NCBI RefSeq assembly: GCF_018977255.1
Contig: NW_024704755.1
Location: 11,594,001-11,658,000 of the forward strand
DNA length: 64,000 nucleotides
Origin: Callorhinchus milii
Taxonomy: Eukaryota
Direction: 5' to 3'
Shown here: one piece after another, positions 51,280-61,582 of the stretch
Numbering within the stretch: the stretch's first letter is position 1
How the letters are laid out: each line of letters starts with the position of its first letter
Position numbers and translations under genes: made by a program
Notes under the pieces: model-generated
What the model was told of the DNA's origin: nothing
Databases searched by the model: none
The model's input: the letters and a program-made list of their open reading frames with translations, nothing else

Positions 51280-51855
51280 AACTCCGCCCACTTCTCCCCC
51301 CGCCATCGCTCCTCTGCTGTCTTGAAGTCATCTGAATTCCTCCCCGTCTGGACTTGCTCCAGTAATGACCTATCTTCCTCGGTTACTCTCCTCCACAACT
51401 TCCTCTCCACCACTCTTGATGCCCTTGCTCCCCTCACCATGTCCTACTAACGAAAGTCACCCTGTTACACCAGTCAACTCTGCTCCCTTAAGACAGAGGT
51501 GCCTGCTGCTAAATGCACCATCTTAAGGGTCCATCAGCAGATCTGGCTGGAGCTTATCAAATCTTACTGCTCTGCCCTCGCCTCCTCTAAGTCGTCGTTC
51601 AACTCCAAGACAATCTTGGAGACCAAGGACAACCCCAGGCTCTTCTTCTCTATCACCAACTGGCTCCTCTGCCCACCCTCTCACGCCTCACCCATCCTCA
51701 CCTCCAACTCGCCAACTGCGAGGTGATGCTGGACTTCCTCGAAACCAAATTCGAGGGGATCCGCTCAGTTGCCTCTGTCCTTCCATCTACTACTCCCTCC
51801 CCTCTCTCCTCTCTCTCTCACCCATCCCCACCCTCTCTCCCAGTCTCTCTCCCAA
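51280..51855 (+). mobile_element. L2 LINE internal relic ~220 bp upstream of the divergent receptor (copies at 54400-54975 and inverted at ~58230-59005)
   Basis: LHNFLSTTLDALAP, HQQIWLELIKSY...ILETKDNPRLFFS match the L2 at 61.6-62.0 kb. Confidence 0.8.
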
Positions 51856-53172
51856 GCGCGGGTCACCCTCTGCAGCTGCAGGAGCCGGTGATTGGTTGCT
51901 AAGGACGTGGTTGGTAAGAGACGCGCTTGACTTCCTGACACATTGCAGTAAAGGCTCTGCGCACTGCATCCTTCCAACCGCCGGCTCCTGCTGCTGCCCT
52001 GGGAGGACGTTCACCAGGGAAGGGCGGGAGCGGGTTGGAATGTTGGGAATGGTCTTGGGGCAGATGCGGCCCACGGGCCACTTGGCGGCACACGCTGGTT
52101 GCTGCCTGTGGACCTTTCTCAAATAGGGAATGCTGCCCACGGCAGCCAAAAGGTTGGACCACTCTGACGTAATGGAATGAAGATGTAATTTTGTCACACA
52201 CTGTCTCGGAAGTACTGACAGGAAATGTTTCTATGCAGACACACAGCAGTTCATTATTTTATAGGCCAATACGTATTGTTACACATTGTTGTTGCGAGGC
52301 TTCAATAGGGAAATCTAATTGTACCACCTGGTTTATCAAATGGGGAAGAATCCAAAATACCCACCCACAAACATGAGTAAATTTAGCGAAGTTTGGGGAA
52401 CGAACCCTATAAATAACATTAAGACCGTAGCTGTTTGAAGCAGACTTGTTGAAGGAAAAGATGCTGGCAATCCATTCATGACATTAACTCAAAACACGGG
52501 ATCACTGAGCAAATGCATTGCTCCGTATGGTGATCAGATACATTTACAAGGAAGCATCAAAGATTAATTCCTGATGGGTGTATAAAGGGAAGCCGTAAGA
52601 GAGCTGGGGTCCGACACACTCTTTAAGCAGAAAAAGGCCACAGATGACAAAGTGTTTATTATCGATGTCTTACTGAACAGCGTGAAAATGGATAATTGAT
52701 CAAACGGCAGTTGTTGACTTGCAACTTTATGGATTCTTGCACTTGTGGAATAAACAAAGCAATCAATGTTGCCTCCACTGTATAACAGTTCTACACTAAC
52801 ACAAAAATACCTTTCATACATGTATAATACCAAATATCAAACAATCAAATATCAAAAATGCAAGGAATATTATTATGATACTATTCCACGCACCCACCCT
52901 GCTAGCTAACAGCTGTGACTGAATAACAATCGAAGTGAACCATCAGACAACCTAATAAACGATTATAAACTATGCTTTGCAACTATCTATGTACCAGTCA
53001 ATGTTGACTCATTCTGCAGGAAAATACAATTGAGATAAAAAAAGAGATTGTCTAAACATTGTTTTTTTAAAGAAGCAGTATGCAACAGGATTGTAAATGT
53101 ACAGAGGAATGTTTTGGTAAGAGTATCTCCATTACCAAGTCGAATACATTTAAAAATTCATGCAGCTGTGGT

Positions 53173-54162
53173 TTAGATTAGTATTTCACTTGTCTCTTGG
53201 TTCTTTTCTTTGGAAGAATTGTTCATTTGTTCAAAGAGTCTTGCGATACTGGACATTTTAAATCCACTCTTGAAGCTCCGAGCAGCAAATGCATAGAGGA
53301 TAGGATTAGCGGTGTTACTAACGAAAGTTAAAACTTTAGAAAGCATCGAAATGTAACTATAAATACTTTTCAATCTTTTCGAGTATTCTGGGTTTGAAGT
53401 CTTGTTCAGCACTGACGAAACCTTAATGACATTTCTTATATGATATGGTAACCAGCAAAGTGCAAACAGAATCACCACACCCGCAATCAGCCTTCCAGTT
53501 TTACCCTTGTCCCTGGTTTGGAAGTTCATCAGTTTGACTCTTTTGAAAATAAAAGTGTAACAGACCATCAGTGTGATGAACGGAATGACAAATCCAATCA
53601 AGGTTTCCAGCAGAAGAACTGTGATCTGCTGCTGATCGGATGAATATCTTCGTTTTAAACGTGGGCGCCCATCTCTGATGTCAGCGGCAACCACTAGGAT
53701 GACAGGAATAGCGGAGAGAAAACCTGAAAGCCAGACAGCAGTGACCACTTTACCAACATATCCTCGTTGCCGCCATTTCTGAGCAGTGATCGGATAGAGC
53801 ACAGCCACAAAGCGCTCAATGCTCATGACTGTGATGAGGAACACGCTGGTGTACATGGATGAGAAGAGTAAATAGCCGCTGATTTTCCAGAAAACCAATC
53901 CAAGGTACGGAGCATGTGCAATATCAGAAGCGATAAAAGGCACCGAGACGAGAGCCATGAGATCTGCCACAGCCAGGTTTAATATCAGCGAGACGGTGGG
54001 AGATCGCTGCTTAATATTCATGAAGATATTCCAGATCACTATGGAATTCCCTGTTGCTCCAACAAGAAAAATAAAAACATAAACACAGGCAATTGCAGTA
54101 CGCACTGCAACATCAGTGTGATGAGTTGTATTCAGTCCTGAAGACATGTTGGCCGGCATCAT
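53173..54162 (-). CDS. Divergent LTB4R-like GPCR, copy 2 (tandem duplicate, ~329 aa from ATG 54162)
   Basis: About 98% identical to the 50058 copy. The upstream ATG is TTG here, so the first ATG is MMPANMS at 54162. All TM motifs are intact. Confidence 0.88.
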   Translation of the reverse strand: MMPANMSSGLNTTHHTDVAVRTAIACVYVFIFLVGATGNSIVIWNIFMNIKQRSPTVSLILNLAVADLMALVSVPFIASDIAHAPYLGLVFWKISGYLLFSSMYTSVFLITVMSIERFVAVLYPITAQKWRQRGYVGKVVTAVWLSGFLSAIPVILVVAADIRDGRPRLKRRYSSDQQQITVLLLETLIGFVIPFITLMVCYTFIFKRVKLMNFQTRDKGKTGRLIAGVVILFALCWLPYHIRNVIKVSSVLNKTSNPEYSKRLKSIYSYISMLSKVLTFVSNTANPILYAFAARSFKSGFKMSSIARLFEQMNNSSKEKNQETSEILI

Positions 54163-56276
54163 TCTGGTAACAATTTGCTCCAATGCTTTTACAATCAGTT
54201 GTTCGCAGAAAGCTCTCTCCAGAAACCATTCAAATACCGTTCTTTAAAGTAATCAGCTGCTGTTTCAGACAGAAGCAGTGCTCTGTGCTTTCACCACTAG
54301 CTATTTTACAGAACTGATAACAGCATTGCAGAAGAGTATTGTTTTCCCAAACGTAATGCAACATTGCAACATGAGCAAAAGACATTCTGCTAACAGAAAC
54401 TCCGCCCACTTCTCCCCCCCGCCATCGCTCCTCTGCTGTCTTGAAGTCATCTGAATTCCTCCCCGTCTGGACTTGCTCCAGTAATGACCTATCTTCCTCG
54501 GTTACTCTCCTCCACAACTTCCTCTCCACCACTCTTGATGCCCTTGCTCCCCTCACCATGTCCTACTAACGAAAGTCACCCTGTTACACCAGTCAACTCT
54601 GCTCCCTTAAGACAGAGGTGCCTGCTGCTAAATGCACCATCTTAAGGGTCCATCAGCAGATCTGGCTGGAGCTTATCAAATCTTACTGCTCTGCCCTCGC
54701 CTCCTCTAAGTCGTCGTTCAACTCCAAGACAATCTTGGAGACCAAGGACAACCCCAGGCTCTTCTTCTCTATCACCAACTGGCTCCTCTGCCCACCCTCT
54801 CACGCCTCACCCATCCTCACCTCCAACTCGCCAACTGCGAGGCGATGCTGGACTTCCTCGAAACCAAATTCGAGGGGATCCGCTCAGTTGCCTCTGTCCT
54901 TCCATCTACTACTCCCTCCCCTCTCTCCTCTCTCTCTCACCCATCCCCACCCTCTCTCCCAGTCTCTCTCCCAAGCGCGGGTCACCCTCTGCAGCTGCAG
55001 GAGCCGGTGATTGGTTGCTAAGGATGTGGTTGGTAAGAGACGCGCTTGACTTCCTGACACATTGCAGTAAAGGCTCTGCGCACTGCATCCTTCCAACCGC
55101 CGGCTCCTGCCGCTGCCCTGGGAGGACGTTCACCAGGGAAGGGCGGGAGCGGGTTGGAATGTTGGGAATGGTCTTGGGGCAGATGCGGCCCACGGGCCAC
55201 TTGGCGGCACACGCTGGATGCTGCCTGTGGACCTTTCTCAAATAGGGAATGCTACCCACGGCAGCCAAAAGGTTGGACCACTCTGACGTAATGGAATGAA
55301 GATGTAATTTTGTCACACACTGTCTCGGAAGTACTGACAGGAAACGTTTCTATGCAGACACACAGCAGTTCATTATTTTATAGGCCAATACGTATTGTTA
55401 CACATTGTTGTTGCGAGGCTTCAATAGGGAAATCTAATTGTACCACCTGGTTTATCAAATGGGGAAGAATCCAAAATACCCACCCACAAACATGAGTAAA
55501 TTTAGCGAAGTTTGGGGAACGAACCCTATAAATAACATTAAGACCGTAGCTGTTTGAAGCAGACTTGTTGAAGGAAAAGATGCTGGCAATCCATTCATGA
55601 CATTAACTCAAAACACGGGATCACTGAGCAATGCATTGCTCTGTATGGTGATCAGACACATTTACAAGGAAGCATCAAAGATTAATTCCTGATGGGTGTA
55701 CAACGGGAAGCTGTAAGAGAGCTGGGGTCCGACACACTCTTTAAGCAGAAAAAGGCCACAGGTGACAAAGTGTTTATTATCGATTTCTTACTGAACAGCG
55801 TGAAAATGGATAAATGATCAAACGGCAGTTGTTGACTTGCAACTTTACAGTTTTTTGCACTTGTGGAATAAATGAACAAAGCATTCAATGTTGCCTCCAC
55901 TGTATAACAGTTCTAGACTAACACAAAAATACCTTTCATACATATATAATACCAAATTTCAAAAATGCAAGGATTATTATTGTGATACTATTCCACGCAC
56001 CCACCCTGCTAGCTATGAATGTGACTGAATATAAACAACGCAAACCATCAGGTAACCTAATAAGCTATTATAAAATGTGTTTTACAATTATCTATGTACC
56101 AGTCAATGTTTACTCATTCTGCAGGAAAATACAATTGCAATAAAAAAAGAGATTGTCTAAACATTGTTTTTTAAAGAAGCGGTCTGCAACAAGATTGTAA
56201 ATGTACAGAGGAACGTTTTGGTAAGAGTATCTCCATTATCAATTTAAATAGATTTAAAAGTTCACGCAGCTGTGGT

Positions 56277-56848
56277 TTAGATTAGTATTTCTCTCGTCTC
56301 TTGGTTCTTTTCTTTGGAAGAATTGTTTATTTCATCAAAGAGTCTTGCGATACTGGACAATTTAAATCCACTCTTGAAGCTCCGAGCAGCAAATGCATAG
56401 AGGATAGGATTAACTGTGTTACTAATGAAAATTAAAACTTTTTGGGTTCCAATGCAATTACCCATACGTTTCAATCTTTTGGAGAGTTCTGGGTTTGAAG
56501 TCTTGTTCAGCACTCACAAAACCTTAATGACATTTCTTGTATGATATGGTAACCAGCAAAGTGCAAACAACATCACCACACCCACAATCAGCCTTCCAGT
56601 TGTACCCTTGTCCTTGGTTTGGAAGATCATCTGTTTGACTCTTTTGAAAATAAAAGTGTAACAGACCATCAGTGTGATGAACGGAATGACAAATCCAACT
56701 AAGGTTTCCAGCAGAAGAACTGTGATCTGCTGCTGATCGGATGAATATCTTCGTTTTAAACGTGGGCGCCCATCTCTGATGTTAAAGGTGAGCACTAGGA
56801 CAACAGGAATAACGAAGAGAAAAGCTGAAAGTCAGTCAGCAGTGACCA
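56277..56848 (-). pseudogene. 5'-truncated pseudogene of the divergent LTB4R-like clade
   Basis: Reads VTAD*LSAFLFVIPVVLVLTFNIRDGRPRLKRRY...KVL*VLNKTS...NPILYAFAAR. TM4 Trp is mutated to TGA, there is a second in-frame TGA at 56516-56514, and homology ends at ~56848. Confidence 0.9.
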
Positions 56849-57044
56849 ATCTGCTTCTCACTCTTGCAGTATGCGACTGATCCAATTTCCAGATGATTTC
56901 TTCAATTAGGAGAGATAGCGAATCTGGGGGCTGAAGCCAATAAAAAGGACAACATTGATGATTTAGGTGGAACCCAAGGAAGAACAATAGCAATAGGTCA
57001 CAAGATTGGGTCAGATAAAGAAGGCTCTTGGCTCATCTGATCTC

Positions 57045-57393
57045 ATCCCTGTAACTTGGTGGTTAGAGCACTCACCTCGCAAGCAAGAGGACCTGAATTT
57101 GATTCCTGGGCAGTACGAAACGTTAGGCAAGTTTCCTTACTCCACTCGCCTGTTTTCCCTAGCAGTAAGTAGGAACACGGTTGTTAGTCAATTGGCAGAT
57201 CAATTTTCCGGGTGTAATAATCCCATCAAAAAAAATAATTTGGTCACTCAATACTTTGTGCACAACTGGCTGCTGTGTTTTGCCCACAAAATATAGTCAA
57301 TTCACTTTACAGTATATTCTGTGAAGCGCTTTGAGACATCTCAAAGACGTCATAAGGTTCTATGTAAAATGCAAACATTATTCTTATAATTAT
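57045..57393 (+). mobile_element. tRNA-derived SINE, longer subfamily
   Basis: TGGTGGTTAGAGCACTCACCTCGCAAGC head, GGCAAGTTTCCTTACTCCA, shared core and tail. Confidence 0.8.
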
Positions 57394-58029
57394 CGCTCCA
57401 AAATACCCACCTGACCATCCGCCAATCACAGTATCACTTTACTCTCTAAATGACGTCAGTGTCCTGGCCTCAACCTCCCTTCTCAGCAACTTGTTCTAGT
57501 CGTTAATTAGTTTCCAAGTGAAGAAAAATTTCTGCTGGCTGTCCTGAAATTGCCCTTTGCTACTCCAAACCTATGTCCTCTTGTTCTACTGTCTTGGTGC
57601 ACCCCAAAGTATTTATTGTTCTGGCCTTAGATTTTCAATCCCATTTGAAACTTTATACACATCTATGGGGTCTTACGTTCACAATGAAATAATTCAGAGA
57701 AGTGGTTGAGTATCAGAAACTAAGAAGATGTACACAGAGAACAGAATGAATTCAGCACAGCAGAAACCAGAAATCGATTCATTTGGCCAAACACATGCTC
57801 TTGACCAAGTAGTGTTAAATTCTCTTAAATTGGGAGCAGACTCTAATTTGAGACAGAACTTAAGAATTTAGAAAATGGAGCCTTGAAATTTCACCTGTTC
57901 TTAGCCTGTAAAAACCCGTTGTCCTACACTTTCAAAATCTCTATGAATTGTGGCAAGTTCTTAAGTTGTGGATTTTGGGGAGGAGATTTGAGGCGGGCTG
58001 TGCAGGTTTGGAGAACAATGAGGTTGGAA

Positions 58030-58225
58030 GACATCTCTTCCTCCTCCCCAAGATTCACACACAGGACTACCTTGGTAGACACATCGTTTCAACCTGTTTG
58101 TGCCCCACAGAACTTATTTCCTCTTACCTAGATTCTATTTTTCCCTCTTTTGTCCAGTTCTTACCCACCTACATCCATGACTCTTCTGACGCCCTCCATC
58201 ACTTCAACCACTTCCAGTTTCCAGG
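58030..58225 (+). mobile_element. Penelope-like element reverse transcriptase fragment
   Basis: LFLLPKIHTQDYLGRHIVSTCLCPTELISSYLDSIFPSFVQFLPTYIHDSSDAL resembles the Penelope RT motif FYxLPKIHK..GRPIVS...PTYIxD. Confidence 0.8.
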
Positions 58226-58499
58226 AAGGGTTTTTTAAGGATAAGAGTGATGACGGCAGATTTTAAAGGCATGGGAATGGTACCAGTAGACACAAAGAGG
58301 TTTATGATATCTGTGAGTAGAGGGGCAAGGTAGGTAAGTAGGTAAGGAGAGGAGTAGGGATTGGGTTGAGGGGGCAGGTGGTTGGTTTCATGTGGGTGGT
58401 GAGAGAGGAGTGGGAGATGGGTTCGAAGATGTGGAGGAAAGGACGGGTAGCAGCTAGGGTGTGAGGGGAAGATGGAGAGAGGGTAGTAGAAGGAAGGGC

Positions 58500-60945
58500 T
58501 GAAGCAGCTGAGCAGATCCTCTCGAATTTGGTTTTGTCCAGCATTGCCTCACAGTTGGCGTTGGTGGTGAGGATGGGTGAAGTGTGAGAGGGTGGGCGGA
58601 GGAGCCGGATGGTGATGGAGAAGAGGAGCCTGGGGTTGTCTTTGGTCTTCAAGATTGTCTTGGAGTAGAATGACGATTTAGCGGGGATGAGGGTAGAACC
58701 ATAAGATTTGATAAGGTCCAGCCAAATCTGCTGAAGGATTTGAGCCAGGTGCGTTCAGCAGCTCACACTTGTGCCTTAAGGGAGCATAGGTGGCTGGTAT
58801 ACCAGGGTGACTTTCGTCTGTAGCAGATGCTTCAAGAAGTGAGGGGAGCAAGGGCATCGAGAGTGGTGGAGAAGGAGTGTGGAGGAGAGTGACCGAGGAG
58901 GAGAGGCCATCGTGGGAGGAAGCCTAGAGTGGGAGGAGTTCAGATGACTCCAAGGCAGTGGAGAAGGAGGCGTAGGGGCGGGGGGAGATTTTTCTCCAAC
59001 AACCACTAGTTTCTGTGAACAGATATATTCTTCTGCAATGCTATTATCAGTTCTGTAAAATAACTAGTGGTGAAAGCACAGAGCACTGCTTCTATCTAAA
59101 CAAGTAGACGATTACTTTAAACAACTGTATTGAATTGTTTCTGGAGAGAGCTTTCTGTGCACAACTGATTGTAAAAGCAACGGAGCAAATTGTTACCAGA
59201 ATGATGCCGGGCAATATGTCTTCAGGACTGAATACAACTCATCACACTAATGTTGCAGTGCGTACTGCAATTGCCTGTATCTACGGTTTGATTTTTCTTG
59301 TTGGAGCAACAGGGAATTCCATAGTGATCTGGAATATCTTCATGAATATTAAGCACCGATCTCCCACCGTCTCGCTGATATTAAACCTGGCTGTGGCAGA
59401 TCTCATGGCTCTCGTCTTGGTGCCTTTTATCGCTTCCGATATTGCAAATGCTCCGTTCCTTGGATTGGTTTTCTGGAAAATCAACGGCTGTTTACTCTTC
59501 ACATCCATGTACACCAGCGTGTTCCTCATCACAGTCATGAGCATTGAGCGCTTTGTGGCTGTGCTCTATCCGATCACCGCCCAGAAGTGGTGGCAACGAG
59601 GACATGTTGGTAAAGTGGTCACTGCTGTCTGGCTTTCAGGTTTTCTCTTCGCTATTCCTGTCATCCTAGTGGTTGCCACTGACATCAGAGATGGGCGCCA
59701 ACGTTTAAAACGAAGATATTCATCCGATCAGCAGCAGATCACAGTTCTTCTGCTGGAAACCTTAGTTGGATTTGTCATTCCGTTCATCACACTGATGGTC
59801 TGTTACACTTTTATTTTCAAAAGAGTCAAACAGATGAACTTCCAAACCAGGGACAAAGGTAAAACTGGAAGGCTGATTGTGGGTGTGGTGATGTTGTTTG
59901 CACTTTGCTGGTTACCATATCATACAAGAAATGTCATTAAGGTTTTGTCGGTGCTGAACAAGACTTCAAGCCCAAAATTCTCCAAAAGATTGAAAAGTAT
60001 TTATACTTACATTTCGATGCTTTCTAAAGTTTTAACTTTTGTTAGTAACACCGTTAATCCTATCCTCTATGCATTTGCTGCTCGGAGCTTCAAGAGTGGA
60101 TTTAAAATGTCCAGTATCGCAAGACTCTTTGAACAAATGAACAATTCTTCCAAAGAAAAGAACCAAGAGACAAGAGAAATACTAATCTAAACCATAGCTG
60201 CGTGAATTTTTAAATCTATTTAAATTGATAATGGAGATATTCTTACCAAAATGTTCCTCTGTACATTTACAATCTTGTTGCAGACTGCTTCTTTAAAAAA
60301 CAATGTTTAGACAATCTTTTTTTATTCAATTGTATTTTCCTGCAGAATGAGTAAACATTGACTGGTACATAGATAGTTGTAAAACACAGTTTATAATAGC
60401 TTATTAGGTTACCTGCTGGTTTGCGTTGTTTATATTCAGTCACATTCATAGCTAGCAGGGTGGGTGCGTGGAACAGTATCATAATAATAATCCTTGCATT
60501 TTTGATATTTGTTATCATATATGTATGAAAGGTATTTTTGTTTTAGTGTAGAACTGTTGTACAGTGGAGGCAACATTGAATGTTTTGTTTATTCCACAAG
60601 TGCAAGAAACTATAAAGTTGCAAGTCAACAACTGCCGTTTGATCATTTATCCATTTTCACGCTGTTCAGTAAGAAATCGATAATAAACACTTTGTCACCT
60701 GTGGCCTTTTTCTGCTTAAAGAGTGTGTCGGACCCCAGCTCTCTTACAGCTTCCCGTTATACACCCATCAGGAATTAATCTTTGATGCTTACTTGTAAAT
60801 GTATCTGATCACCATACGGAGCAATGCATTGCTCAGTGATCCCGTGTTTCGAGTGAATGTCTTGAATGGATTGCCAGCATCTTTTCCTTCAACAAGTCTG
60901 CTTCAAACAGCTACGGTCTTAATGTTATTTATGGGGTTCGCCTCA
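58500..60945. repeat. Inverted duplicate of the receptor unit (L2 relic + promoter + gene + 3' flank)
   Basis: Reverse complement matches ~52400-54900 and 55520-56280, including the upstream L2 relic and the downstream flank. Confidence 0.88.
59201..60190 (+). CDS. Divergent LTB4R-like GPCR, copy 3 (inverted, ~329 aa from ATG 59201)
   Basis: Intact ORF closely similar to copies 1 and 2 but on the opposite strand. The ORF-track start at 59135 is TTG; first ATG is 59201. Confidence 0.88.
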   Translation: MMPGNMSSGLNTTHHTNVAVRTAIACIYGLIFLVGATGNSIVIWNIFMNIKHRSPTVSLILNLAVADLMALVLVPFIASDIANAPFLGLVFWKINGCLLFTSMYTSVFLITVMSIERFVAVLYPITAQKWWQRGHVGKVVTAVWLSGFLFAIPVILVVATDIRDGRQRLKRRYSSDQQQITVLLLETLVGFVIPFITLMVCYTFIFKRVKQMNFQTRDKGKTGRLIVGVVMLFALCWLPYHTRNVIKVLSVLNKTSSPKFSKRLKSIYTYISMLSKVLTFVSNTVNPILYAFAARSFKSGFKMSSIARLFEQMNNSSKEKNQETREILI

Positions 60946-61329
60946 TCCGGCCTTAGATCATTACCAATATTGCAACCCGCTCCCCCACTTCCCTGGTGAA
61001 CGTCCTCCCAGGGCAGTGGCAGGAGCCGGCGGTTGGGAGGACGCAGTGCGCAGAGCCTTTACTGCAATGTGTCAGGAAGGCAAGCGCTTCTCTTACCAAC
61101 CTGAGCGTCCTTAGCAACCAACCACCGGCTCCTGCAGTTGCAGAGGGTGACCCGCACTTGGGAGAGAGAGGGTGTGCTTGGAGGTCGGTGGGGGGAGAGG
61201 GGGGAGAGAGGGGAGGGGATAGTAAACAGAAGTGCAGAGGCAGCTGAGTGGATCCCCTTGACTTTGGTTTTGAGGACGTCCACCATCCCCTCAGTTGGAT
61301 GGTTGTAGGAGAGGATGGGGGAGATTCTC

Positions 61330-61582
61330 CTGCTTGGCTGCCGTCAGCACCTCCACCCTCAGGCACTGACAGCATCACCATCCAAGGTTGCACACTCCAC
61401 CTTACGAAGCCTGTCCGGAGACTTGACATCTTGTTTGAATCTCCACTATCCTTTCTATCCCACATTTGTGCCATGACCCACTCTGCCTCCACAACATCTC
61501 CCAGCTCCGACGCTGTCTCACACCACAGGACGCTGAAACCCTCATACACACATTCATAACATCCAGGCTTGACTATCCAAAC
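61330..61582 (+). mobile_element. Older L2 fragment (continues at 63697-63752)
   Basis: SITIQGCTLHLTKPVR, AETLIHTFITSRLDY; resumes after the young L2 as LHVGFLNTSLHGLQIIQN. Confidence 0.7.

Larger units (their letters stand above)
50030..56850. repeat. Tandem segmental duplication, period ~3.12 kb (receptor + upstream L2 relic + GC-rich element + next 3' flank)
   Basis: 51066-52560 is nearly identical to 54184-55680; ORF offsets are 3115-3119 bp. Confidence 0.92.

Noticed and set aside
59135-59200. N-terminal extensions from non-ATG starts in the ORF track (also 34951, 54183)
   Set aside because: TTG starts are unlikely in a vertebrate; the ATG shared by all divergent copies is MMP(A/G)NMS.
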